In this document: piece after piece, positions 39,683-49,628 of the stretch
How positions within the stretch are numbered: the stretch's first letter is position 1
Layout of the letters: every line of letters starts with the position of its first letter
DNA from: a virus
Virus record (IMG/VR): IMGVR_UViG_3300028840_006907
Location: 32,001 to 96,000 of that record
Strand: one strand, 5' to 3'
Length of the DNA: 64,000 nucleotides
Notes under the pieces: generated by a model
Database searches by the model: none
Seen by the model: the letters and a program-made list of their open reading frames with translations, nothing else
Told to the model about the DNA's origin: nothing
Program-made: the position numbers and the translations under genes

Positions 39683-41762
39683 TTATACCGCAGCCGACAG
39701 TATCCCGATAAAATTGATTAAGAACTTTAAATTGTTAAAGTCCATGACAACAAAAGGAGTCATCTTACCAATCCATGTCCAGTTCATACCCACAAATAGA
39801 TGTAACATGAAATGTGGATTTTGTAGCTGTGCTGAAGATGACAGAAAAACAGAAATGTCCCTTAAAAATGCTAAGAAGATCATCAGAAAATTAAAAAAAC
39901 TCGGTACTCAATCCGTAACCATCACCGGAGGAGGAGAACCACTCCTTTATCCTCATCTCCAAGAATTGTTTTCTCTGTTTAAAGATGCCGGGATAAAAAT
40001 CGGTTTTGTTACCAATGGCCTCTTATTAGGTAAATGTACCTATGAAGATGTAACCTGGTGTCGGATTTCTAATTCTGATGAAAGAAAAATGGACATGGAC
40101 TATTATCACACAATAGCTTATGCTGTTGAAGATAACCCAAACGTGGACTGGGCCTTTAGTCATGTCGTTTCTCCAAAACCAAATATCTCCGAAATAAAAC
40201 GGATCATAGAATTTGCCAATCTCCATGATTTTACCCATGTCCGATTAGTAGCTGATCTATTGAATTATAAAGAAGTAGATTTAATGCAGTTAAAAATCAC
40301 TCTTCGAGATGAAAATGTCGATGATGATAAAGTCATCTATCAAAGTAGAAATACCCCGCTCAGAGGCGGAGACTGTTATATATGCTATCTTAAACCCATG
40401 ATAGGGGCTGACTGTAATGTGTACGCTTGTTGTTTAGAGGCTAATGAACCTGTATTAATCCAGAGAAATAACGAAAGGATGTATTTATCTATAAAGGATG
40501 TTGTTCCAGGGGATTATGCTTGTGAATATGGAAAGATTTTAAATGTGTTTCATAAAGAGGGTGAAGAAGGCTTGGAAATAGTTTTGCAAAATAATAGGAC
40601 TATTTATGTTTCGAAAGATCATCTTATGCTTAAATTGACAAACCCTGAAATTAGACATAAGAGAAAGAAGTTATTATCTGACTATGAATTAGATACAATA
40701 GAATCTTCTGAATTAAGAATTGGAGATTTACTTCCGGTCAAATATAAATATGATATTAGTGAAATAAAAGAAGATACTATATCTGAAGAAGAAGCAGAAT
40801 TAATAGGATATTATGTAGCTGAAGGTTGGTCCAATGAACGAACTTGTATAGTTGATAAAAAATATCCTACTAGAACTACCACTATAGGATTTATGCTAGG
40901 GAAAGAGTCAAGAGAATATATAAGAAGATTTGAAGAAATTTGTGATATTTTGAATCTAAATTTTTCTATGACTGAACGTAGAACTGGTATGCAGTATCAG
41001 ATAGGTGCACATAAACCCTACGATGACTTAATTGTACACTGTGGTAATAAAGCAGAATTAAAAAAGATCCCTCCTTTTATTTTAAACGGCTCTGATAAAA
41101 TAAAGTGGAAATTTATTCAAGGCTATTTTGGAGGTGACGGGAATTTTCAAACTCCTTCTAAAAGCTATGATGGTTTTAAAATGAGAATGAGTACTGTCAG
41201 TAGACAACTAGCTAATGATATAATTTATCTCTTTTGTACTTTAAATATTCATGCTTCTATGAGAGTTGAGAGACGTGAAGGAAAAATGATAATAGAAGGA
41301 AGAGAGGTAAATGCTAAAGATCGGTATCATATAAATATAGGGGGAGCCTATAATTTAGAAAAAGCCCCATTCCTAAATGTAATTCAAACAAAAGAAAGAA
41401 GTCCTAAAAGAGCCCTCGGTTTTTTGAAAGATGAGGATAAGGGCATTATGTTTGTACCAGTTAAAGAGATCAGAGAGAAAAAGTTAGGAAAATTAGTAGA
41501 CATTCAAGTGGAAGGTTCAAATAAATTTATATCTTCATTTGGTATAATAGTTCATAATTGTGGCGTCCAGTATGCTCTTAAAAAGCCTTCAAAGAATCTT
41601 CCTAAGAAACTGAGCCTAGGAAGTGCTTTTGATCTTGAGAAGATAATTGAGAACAGTAATAAGCCCCTGGACGGGAGCATGTGTTATCGATGCTATTATA
41701 GTAATTATAACAAGATACTAGGATCCATCCTGGATGATACCGATCATATGGAGTTTGTATGA
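39669..41762 (+). CDS. radical SAM enzyme interrupted by an intein
   Basis: CNMKCGFC (CxxxCxxC) and TGGGEPLL in N-extein; intein blocks described separately. Confidence 0.65.
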   Translation: MNLTSYTAADSIPIKLIKNFKLLKSMTTKGVILPIHVQFIPTNRCNMKCGFCSCAEDDRKTEMSLKNAKKIIRKLKKLGTQSVTITGGGEPLLYPHLQELFSLFKDAGIKIGFVTNGLLLGKCTYEDVTWCRISNSDERKMDMDYYHTIAYAVEDNPNVDWAFSHVVSPKPNISEIKRIIEFANLHDFTHVRLVADLLNYKEVDLMQLKITLRDENVDDDKVIYQSRNTPLRGGDCYICYLKPMIGADCNVYACCLEANEPVLIQRNNERMYLSIKDVVPGDYACEYGKILNVFHKEGEEGLEIVLQNNRTIYVSKDHLMLKLTNPEIRHKRKKLLSDYELDTIESSELRIGDLLPVKYKYDISEIKEDTISEEEAELIGYYVAEGWSNERTCIVDKKYPTRTTTIGFMLGKESREYIRRFEEICDILNLNFSMTERRTGMQYQIGAHKPYDDLIVHCGNKAELKKIPPFILNGSDKIKWKFIQGYFGGDGNFQTPSKSYDGFKMRMSTVSRQLANDIIYLFCTLNIHASMRVERREGKMIIEGREVNAKDRYHINIGGAYNLEKAPFLNVIQTKERSPKRALGFLKDEDKGIMFVPVKEIREKKLGKLVDIQVEGSNKFISSFGIIVHNCGVQYALKKPSKNLPKKLSLGSAFDLEKIIENSNKPLDGSMCYRCYYSNYNKILGSILDDTDHMEFV
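40431..41558 (+). mobile_element. intein with LAGLIDADG-type homing endonuclease domain (boundaries approximate; N-terminal Cys at 40428 or 40431)
   Basis: Starts CLEANEPVLI, ends GIIVHN followed by Cys; internal IGYYVAEGW and IQGYFGGDGNF motifs. Confidence 0.6.
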
Positions 41763-42310
41763 TCCGTTATAAAGAGATCTATGAACGAGTATTTGACATA
41801 CCTCATTATTCCAGAAACCAAGACCGAAAGATTACCTGTTCCCAAGTACATAACTATTTAATAGGAACTGAAAAATCTATCATTGATATAGGATCGGGGC
41901 GTGGGCCTGTTCTTATAGAACTGCTGAATCATTTTCAGAGATCTCAGATATTGTCTTGTGATTTAAAAAAGTTCCATGATATTGAAGTCCCGTTCCTGAA
42001 ACTGGATTTAACTGAGTTCAAGGATCGGGAAGCAATATTGAGGGTCTTTCCACAGTTTGATTTCTTAACCTGTTTTGATGTCCTGGAACATATCGAGCGA
42101 CAGGAATTGCACGCTATTCTCAGATTCTTTAAAGAGCTATCTAAAAAACATCTAATTATTGTAGCAAATCACTCTGATAACTGGGGCCAGGAATTACATT
42201 TAATACAGGAGCCCATGGACTGGTGGGAGGAAAGTTTTGGTGAATATTTTAAGATATTGGATAAAAAGAGTATTCATAATGATAGAGCGTATGTATTCCA
42301 TTTAGAATGA
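41759..42310 (+). CDS. class I SAM-dependent methyltransferase
   Basis: IIDIGSGRG (motif I) and FDVLEHIE. Confidence 0.6.
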   Translation: MIRYKEIYERVFDIPHYSRNQDRKITCSQVHNYLIGTEKSIIDIGSGRGPVLIELLNHFQRSQILSCDLKKFHDIEVPFLKLDLTEFKDREAILRVFPQFDFLTCFDVLEHIERQELHAILRFFKELSKKHLIIVANHSDNWGQELHLIQEPMDWWEESFGEYFKILDKKSIHNDRAYVFHLE

Positions 42311-42320
42311 GAGGTATAGG

Positions 42321-42572
42321 ATGTTTAAAGGACTGATCAATTCGATTAAGGAAGATAACGGTAATGCTTCTTCTACCAGATTTATTATGTATGGTACTGG
42401 AGCTGTTGTCTTAGGGACATATCTTTTTCATAACATACTTTCTGCAGTAAGAGGAGGAGAATTTATTGATTTCCCAGTAAACAGTGTCGTTGTTCTTGGT
42501 ATCGTTCTGACGGGTAAAGTTACACAGAAATTCGCTGAGTTTAAAGGTAGCAATGGGAAGACAGATGCTTAA
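42321..42572 (+). CDS. small membrane protein
   Basis: ORF track; two hydrophobic segments. Confidence 0.35.
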   Translation: MFKGLINSIKEDNGNASSTRFIMYGTGAVVLGTYLFHNILSAVRGGEFIDFPVNSVVVLGIVLTGKVTQKFAEFKGSNGKTDA

Positions 42573-42976
42573 GTTTCTTCGTGCTTTAAAGGAAAAAATA
42601 AAACCAGCAAATCCTACTCGTAGAAGTACTGTGATTAAATATTTAATGAGTCACCCTTTTGATAAACACACAAAATTAATCCCATTTGATAAATATTTAA
42701 AAAATATCCGGAAAAAGCATTCATGAAATGTCCCTTTATATAGAAGGAGATTGTCATGAATGTAATAAAACTAGAAGACTGCAGGAAATATTTCAAAGAT
42801 GAAGGAAATTTTAGGAAATTTGTGGAAACTTTTGGAAATTTTTTTAAAAAAGTTTCTCTTATCTTATCCTTGGTGATGATATTATAGGCACAACTTTAAC
42901 TCCTGAGTCCACCAAGGAATATATTATCGAAAGAATTTTAAAGAGGGAAGATATCCTGATAAAGGTTATAGAGGAG

Positions 42977-43540
42977 TTATAGGGATTTATTTGCGTGTGG
43001 AAAAGGTTTAACCACAATTTCTCGATCCAGGAACTTGCACAATGTTGCATATTTATTTTTATCTTCAATATCTATGAGTAGGAATCGGGGTTTGTCTTTG
43101 AAGAACTCTATGATTTCTTCATTCCTCTTATGGTATCGATCTATTATTTCAGCTTTGTTCTCTGGAATAAATTCAATCTTCCATATCCAGTTATACATGA
43201 CTTGTGCATTTTTTAATTGAATCCAATTTAAAACTGAGTTAAACCATTTCTCGGGATCCCGGGTCAAATGAATGAAGTAGGCATCGGGGAACATATCATA
43301 GAGCATTTCATGACTCCCTTCTAAATTGAAAGGGATATCACAAAATAAATTGGCTGTATATTTTCTTAATCGAAAAGCTTTAAAAAGTTGAATCATATTT
43401 TCTTTGGAATGTTTAAGTCCACCTCCAAGATAGAGTCCATATGCTTTAGTAGAGGGAATAGGGTTGAAACCAAGCTTTTTTATGGCTTGTTCCATAGAGG
43501 TTGTACCGGTTTTATTTGAGCCTATACAAAAGACTTTCAT
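42977..43540 (-). CDS. putative sulfotransferase
   Basis: GSNKTGTTS (PAPS 5-prime phosphate loop-like) and LTRDPEKWFNS (RDP motif). Confidence 0.55.
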   Translation of the reverse strand: MKVFCIGSNKTGTTSMEQAIKKLGFNPIPSTKAYGLYLGGGLKHSKENMIQLFKAFRLRKYTANLFCDIPFNLEGSHEMLYDMFPDAYFIHLTRDPEKWFNSVLNWIQLKNAQVMYNWIWKIEFIPENKAEIIDRYHKRNEEIIEFFKDKPRFLLIDIEDKNKYATLCKFLDREIVVKPFPHANKSL

Positions 43541-43617
43541 TTATGTATGATCTTTTTCCCATCTTGCTCTGAACGATTCACTTTCTTCTTCTATCCATTT
43601 ATGGATTGTGTCATCAT

Positions 43618-43983
43618 TCACGTGGTTACCGGCTTCTCTTTCTTTTTTAAGGTGCTTCTCAATTTCCTTGATCTGGTCTTGCATAAATTCTTTTTGTCGT
43701 CCCATTCTTCCAGACCTCCCTTATTGAGAGTATCATTTTTAAGCGTTAAGTTCAAGTCTCTTAATGACATACATGGAACATCCCGTACTCGTTTGGAGTT
43801 CCATATAGGGCATACAGTATGATTACACCTATTAGGACCTAACCTACACTCGACATTAAAATGTCCAGGTTCTCCGGCATAGAGGAAATTTCGTTCTATG
43901 CAGTGCGCCTGGAATACCTGAAAAGGCATTATCTTTTCGACACTTACCCCGTTTTTATGTGATTTATTATTCATATTTTTCAT
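43618..43983 (-). CDS. hypothetical Cys/His-rich protein (start moved out of CRISPR array)
   Basis: Track ORF 43618..44127 runs into array; ATG at 43981-43983. Confidence 0.3.
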   Translation of the reverse strand: MKNMNNKSHKNGVSVEKIMPFQVFQAHCIERNFLYAGEPGHFNVECRLGPNRCNHTVCPIWNSKRVRDVPCMSLRDLNLTLKNDTLNKGGLEEWDDKKNLCKTRSRKLRSTLKKKEKPVTT

Positions 43984-44019
43984 TCTAGGAATGTAAAGTA
44001 TTAGAGGATTATTAAGGGG

Positions 44020-47018
44020 AGGGAAACCCCGCTCAGATGCAGGGAAGAAGATTTCATTAAGAAGTTTTAGGAAGAGCCCCGCAGAGGAGGAACCTCGCAA
44101 GATGCGGGGAAAAGGAACTTCAGGCAATTGGCTGGGATTAGCCCCGCGAAGGTGCGGGGAAAACAGTTTCCATGAACTATATTAGGGAGAGCCCCGTTGA
44201 CACGGGGAAAAACCCGTCTTTACTTAGTGAGATCGAGGAAGGAACAGCCCCGTTGATACGGGGATAAAATAATATGACTTTTACGAATCCTCTAGGGACA
44301 GCCCTGCAGAGTGCAGGGAAAAGTAACGTCTGGGAATTGTTTAGGATTAGCCCCGCGAAGGTGCGGGGAAAGCCATAGATTTTATATTGACACAGGAAAA
44401 ACCCCGGTATAGTCCGGGGAAAAGTACGTAATCAAGATGTAAGAGGATTAGACCCGGCGAGTCCGGGAAAAGATTGGCCCAATCACTATTAAGTAGGGTG
44501 GGATAGCCCCGCAGAATGCAGGGAATAGATGCCTCACTTCATACCACTGCGTCAACCCCAGTAGAGTCCGGGGAACATGAGTGTAAATCTCTGTCGTAGG
44601 TTCAACCCCGGAGAGATCCAGGGGAAATGGGTACAACTTTGTGTACAAGGGGTAGCCCCGGAGAAATCCGAGGAAAATGAGTGTAAATCTGTGTTGAGGG
44701 TCCAGCCCCGCTCAGTGCAGGGAATATTAAGGGTCAAAACCGGTTGCCCCTGCGTCAACCCCGGTGAAGTCCGGGGAACATGAGTGTAAATCTCTGTGGT
44801 AGGATCAACCCCGCAGAGTGCAGGGAAAAATTGAACTTTTTAATCAACCCTGTAACAGCCCCGGAGTCAGTTTTGACAAGTCCGGGGGAATATCACTTCG
44901 TAAAGGAGTGGCTGTCAAGGGGGCAACCCCACAGAGATGTGGGGGAAAGTAAGCCAACGTTCCGGCATAGGCATAGCCCCTGAATTTACAGAGGGCAATT
45001 TTTCCAGTGTCCAGAAGAAGATGCAGGGAGAACCCCGGAAAGTCCAGGGGAAAATGTGTCACAGAACAACTCTTTGTGATCTCCAGGGTGAACCTCGCAG
45101 AGGTGCGGGGGAAAAGTGTCAATGAATACCAGTATGAGTCAGCCCCGGTATAGCCCGGGAATAATTACTTCTAGTCTGATAGAAGGTGCAACCCCGGGAA
45201 GTCCGGGGAAATCGGTCATAGCCATCTGGACCAGGAAGAACCCCGGTGAGATCCGGGGAAAAGGACGTTTAAATCCTGACATAGTAGCTAACTGAGGCGT
45301 AGCTCCGGTCGGGTCAGCCCTGCAGAGAGCAGGGAACAAACATAGGTAATAAATCGGCACGTGACAGCCCCGCAGAGAGGCGGGGATATATAGCGTGAGT
45401 TGCAGGGTAAGGTTCAACCCTTGTTTACCAAGGGAAAAATACCGGCAGATAAGAATTTAGGATGACCCCCGGTGAAAGTCCGGGGAAAATAATTAATACG
45501 CAAAACAGCAGGGCCAGTCCCGCGAGATGCAGGGAATGTTCAGCCAGTTTGTGTAATATTTCAGGAGACGGTGGTGCAACCCTGTCAAGGACAGGGATAT
45601 GCAACATCTGTGGCTCTACGAGGATCAGCCCCGGCAAGTCCGGGGAATTATCTTTTTATAAATGCCAAAAATAACAGTTGGGAGGGGCCAATTCCGCTGA
45701 TGCAGAAAGACATTTCATAATTAATATATTTATGGAAGAGCCCCGGTGAAATCCGGGGAAGTCAAGTAATTACAGCTCGCTGACCACTGGGGGTAGCCCC
45801 GGTAAGATCCGGGGAAAAGTTTGTTTTGAAACAAACGCTAGGAACAGCCCCGCTCAGGTGCGGGAGAATCACTGCATATTTGGTTAATGGCCCCCCTGAG
45901 TCAATCCCGCTCAGGTGCGGGGAAAATAAAGAGATAGACTAATTCAATATGCAGGAAGAACCCCGCTATATGCAGGAAAATTTAAAAAGTATGGATATCT
46001 CCTTGAGTCAACCCCGGAGATCCAGGGAAATGTAGGCACTCGTTGTCCTTTGTCGAAGTGTGAAGGGCAAACCTCGTTGATACGAGGAACAAATTTAGTT
46101 TTACTTTTGAATAAAAGTGGTCAAGCCCCGCTCAGGTGCAGGGAATAGATAAGTATACCGACGATAGCCAGGACAGCACCTGTGGTTTAGCCCTGCATGT
46201 GCAGGGAATAGTTGAGTTGAAGATTGAAGAAAAAGATAAAGTAGGGTCAGCTCTGCATGTGCAGAGAATAGCCTTTCTTCAAGCGTTGACTTGGGAGTAG
46301 GTGGGGATCAGCCCTGCACATGCAGGGAATAGAATGGTGAATCAAATTCCATTTTGTCAAAGAACGGCGACAGCCCTGCCAGTGCAGGGAATATGATTTT
46401 AACGATGGTAAAATTGGGAAGGGGTCAGCCCTGCACATGCAGGGAATAGTCGCTAGTTCAAATCCAATCGCCCCGACAGGATCAGCCCTGCATACGCAGG
46501 GAATAGAAAATACTGACGATAAACTAGCGATATGGGATCAGCCCTGCATACGCAGGGATATAGCTTGACGAATGGCCGTTTTAATGCCAGGAGTAACCCC
46601 GCTGCGAGGAATAGTCATTTCAAATATATAGGTAAAGCCCCGCGAAAGAGCGGGGGTATAATATGGCGGATTTTGTTCTATTGGTGGAATCCGGGCCATC
46701 CCCGTAGATTGACACGGGGAGATCTTTTAGAAATCTACCAAGGTGCCTTTCCGGAGTCATCCCCGTATATACGGGGGAGATTTCAATTCAGGGAATTTCG
46801 GTACAAAATTGGTCGGTTTATCCCCGTATACACGGGGAATATTGTTTCAATAGGGCATAGCAGATCTAGGATCGGGGAATCCCCGCAGGGGCGGGGAACA
46901 TCTCGGATTTATTAATCAAATTCAAACGTTTTTCGGGGAATCCCCGCAGGGGCGGGGAACATTGTTTTAAGAGGTGGTAGTTACCTCGTAGGGGAATCCC
47001 CGCAGGGGCGGGGAACAT
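44020..47018 (-). CRISPR. CRISPR array 1, roughly 50 repeat-like units, strongly heterogeneous; leader-proximal repeat ggggaatccccgcaggggcggggaacat (28 nt, 3 identical copies)
   Basis: Periodic hairpin repeats with 23-33 nt spacers; leader-proximal copies at 46874, 46935, 46991; minus-strand reading matches the I-E TTCCCCGC-N4-GCGGGGAT form. Confidence 0.8.
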
Positions 47019-47127
47019 ACTAAGTCATAATGCCATTCAAATCAAAGGTTTATAGGAACCCTAATTTTCTACCAAAGAAAAATGTACTTGTCATGTATAA
47101 ATGTCAAAGAGCGTCAGAGAGAAATCC
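47019..47127 (-). promoter_or_regulatory. CRISPR leader 1, with a ~55-bp core shared with leader 2
   Basis: accctaattttctaccaaa...tataaatgtcaaagagc shared with 54587..54683; contains TTGACA on minus strand. Confidence 0.5.
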
Positions 47128-49359
47128 CTAGTGGATATACCGAATCCATTCATATCGAATTTTCATCGTTTTATAAGGAGCTTTTTTTCTCCCTGGAAAT
47201 ATGTTTCCTTCAAAAAGGAAAAATTTTTGAACAATTTTAAATTCAGCGTTTGATGGTGTCAAGCTCTGTGGTGCATAATCCGAACGCCAGTAATTATTAC
47301 AATATATAAATTTTTCTTCTCTGTCTTTTTGTATAAGGCCCGGAAACACCACTAAAACTATCTTTTCGTTTTCAATAACAATATCCCCTTGATAAATAGC
47401 TATTTCTAAATCCAGACCATCCTGCTCTATCACACGAGCATATTTCGAGAGTTTCCCATCAATCTTTACTTTAGCTTTAGGGGGAATATCAAAAGTTATC
47501 CATTCACCTTTTATGTCCTTAATGCTTTGAATAGGTTTTTTAACTGGAATTTCTTGAAAGACATGATCTTGGTATTCTGCTTTTTTAAGGATTTCTCCAT
47601 CTTTTTCCATATTAAGCAATAAAGCCTTTTCCATGATGTCTTTAAGTTCATAGAGATCTTTTTCAGTTAAGGGCTCTTTTGTTCCGAATACGATGGAACC
47701 TACATTCTCTAATCGAGCGATTTTATCAAAACCCTGTTTCCGGACAAAGTCTATGGTAATATGTTCTATTTTTCTATTTCTTGAAAGTCTTATGATTCTT
47801 ACAAATTCAGTTTTAATTGTGTCTTTGAAATTATCAAAACTTAAATGATCTTCTACGTAGGGATGATACAAATCCGCTATAAGACTTAATAAAATTTCTA
47901 TGTCTTCAGGTTTATCCTGTTTACGGTTGTAATCATAAGCTTTAATAATTTCTTGTCTCATTTCCATTAATATATCAGGAGCCATTATTTCACTTAAACT
48001 GGTAGATCCTTTTTTGTCCCGATAAAAGGGAGCTGTTGGAAGTAAGGGAATCCTGATAGCAGCACAAAGTTCTGACATTACAATTGAGGTTAAGAACAAA
48101 TTCAATCTGTCTGAATATAATGCCCTGATATTATTACGTTCTTCTTTTTTAATAGGTGGAACATAAATGTATAACCATATTTTATCTTTTTTAGGGTAAC
48201 ATCTGAAAATACGAAACATTATTTGAGAGAAGGTCACCTGACTCTTTCCATAACTTGTATTATGTAAAACAGCAGCAGGAGGCCAATCATACCCTTCATA
48301 GAATATTCTGCAAGATACGGCGACCCAGTATTTTTTATGATTACGTCTCAATAACTCTCTATTTTTTTTCTGAGTTTCCGGTGTGACTAAATCCAGTACT
48401 TTGGACGCAGGATATATTTCGTGAATAGCTTTTAAATATTTTTTAAGGGTTCCTTCCTCTCTGAACCGGTTCCCCATGTCAGGTAATATGACAATGTGTC
48501 TTTGATCTTTGTGCTCTTTCATATATCTAATGATCTGAGTAAGGGGATCTTTCCTATAGTGAGTGAAACGGAAATTGAATTCTTTGATTTTTATGATTGA
48601 GAGATAGTCATTTAATGGGATAACCCATTTTTCAAAATGATGTTTATAAGCATTGGGGACTATTTCTCCTCTGTCTGTGCGGTGGTAAGTAGCTGTATAA
48701 AAATTTACGTTACAAGTAGGTTCATGGATGGTACATACATCTCTGACAAAATCACCCAAATGAGTGGAATCTAGTGGGGTTGATTTTGAATGATGGCATT
48801 CATCTACATGTACAGTTAAATTTCTAAGGGCTTTCTTTTTTTCATAGTTGGTTAATTTTTCCCAGGTCATGACAAACCCTCTATGGGTAGCTGTAGCAAT
48901 AGGGCCTGTTATATGTTTTTCATTGTACGGGTATTTTCGAGGATCTGCTAAAAGGAATTCTTTAAGTCCTTTAATGGATTGAGGGTTTTCACTATTGAAT
49001 TTATGTTCTTTTGGTACTTCCCACAATCTTACCATACCTTTATATTTGATTTTTATTTGTCTATTTTGGGATCTGCAGAAATTTTCACCTATTTCTATTG
49101 TTGGTGCGATAAAGATATGTTTTCGAGTATTTTTAGATATTATGATTTCATCCAGGGATATGCATACTGCTAAAAAAGTTTTGCCGACTCCCCCTGGTGC
49201 ATCAAAGATCATGTATCTGAATTTTTTCCCATATTCTTTTGCATTGCATTGCCAGCCAGAGGGTATCATGATCCCTGATTCAAGTTTTTTATTATAGGTA
49301 CCAAGGTCAACCGGTTCTATTTTAATAGATTGCTGGAAAAGCGGTAATAGCTTTTTCAT
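47128..49359 (-). CDS. cas3: SF2 DExH helicase, Cas3-like, without HD nuclease domain
   Basis: Motif I FDAPGGVGKT, motif II VDECHH, motif III TAT, motif VI-like QIMFRIFR; sits between cas6e and leader 1; GAGAGGA SD. Confidence 0.5.
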   Translation of the reverse strand: MKKLLPLFQQSIKIEPVDLGTYNKKLESGIMIPSGWQCNAKEYGKKFRYMIFDAPGGVGKTFLAVCISLDEIIISKNTRKHIFIAPTIEIGENFCRSQNRQIKIKYKGMVRLWEVPKEHKFNSENPQSIKGLKEFLLADPRKYPYNEKHITGPIATATHRGFVMTWEKLTNYEKKKALRNLTVHVDECHHSKSTPLDSTHLGDFVRDVCTIHEPTCNVNFYTATYHRTDRGEIVPNAYKHHFEKWVIPLNDYLSIIKIKEFNFRFTHYRKDPLTQIIRYMKEHKDQRHIVILPDMGNRFREEGTLKKYLKAIHEIYPASKVLDLVTPETQKKNRELLRRNHKKYWVAVSCRIFYEGYDWPPAAVLHNTSYGKSQVTFSQIMFRIFRCYPKKDKIWLYIYVPPIKKEERNNIRALYSDRLNLFLTSIVMSELCAAIRIPLLPTAPFYRDKKGSTSLSEIMAPDILMEMRQEIIKAYDYNRKQDKPEDIEILLSLIADLYHPYVEDHLSFDNFKDTIKTEFVRIIRLSRNRKIEHITIDFVRKQGFDKIARLENVGSIVFGTKEPLTEKDLYELKDIMEKALLLNMEKDGEILKKAEYQDHVFQEIPVKKPIQSIKDIKGEWITFDIPPKAKVKIDGKLSKYARVIEQDGLDLEIAIYQGDIVIENEKIVLVVFPGLIQKDREEKFIYCNNYWRSDYAPQSLTPSNAEFKIVQKFFLFEGNIFPGRKKAPYKTMKIRYEWIRYIH

Positions 49360-49444
49360 TGTCTTTTTCCTCTCAAATAAGTCCTGGAAAGCCTTTTCAG
49401 GGGCTTTCCAGGATTAATGTACTGTGTATTCTATATCAACACTT

Positions 49445-49600
49445 TCAATCGTTTTTATCAATCTCCGTGGCTAATACCGACATAAATGACATTCCGGTTC
49501 CTCCTGGTAATTCAATAATAGAAGGTCTTTTGATGTTCTCTTCTAAATTCCTAGAAGCGAGTTGCCAAGAATAGGCTTTTATAGTTTTTGTATTATTCAT
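49445..49600 (-). CDS. small ORF (51 aa) between cas6e and helicase, unknown
   Basis: ATG at 49598-49600 with TGGAGA SD; no motif. Confidence 0.25.
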   Translation of the reverse strand: MNNTKTIKAYSWQLASRNLEENIKRPSIIELPGGTGMSFMSVLATEIDKND

Positions 49601-49628
49601 TTTAAAATCTCCATATAAAAGGTTTATT

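Noticed and set aside
43547-43822. Plus-strand ORF 43547..43822
   Set aside because: Phe-rich low-complexity translation antisense to a more plausible minus-strand gene
44448-45674. Nine track ORFs on both strands inside CRISPR array 1, spanning 44448 to 45674
   Set aside because: They lie entirely within the repeat-spacer array and translate repetitive sequence; artefacts of open frames across repeats
47128-49359. Cas1 or other adaptation function at the position after cas6e
   Set aside because: Protein has clear SF2 helicase motifs and nothing resembling Cas1; no Cas2-sized partner
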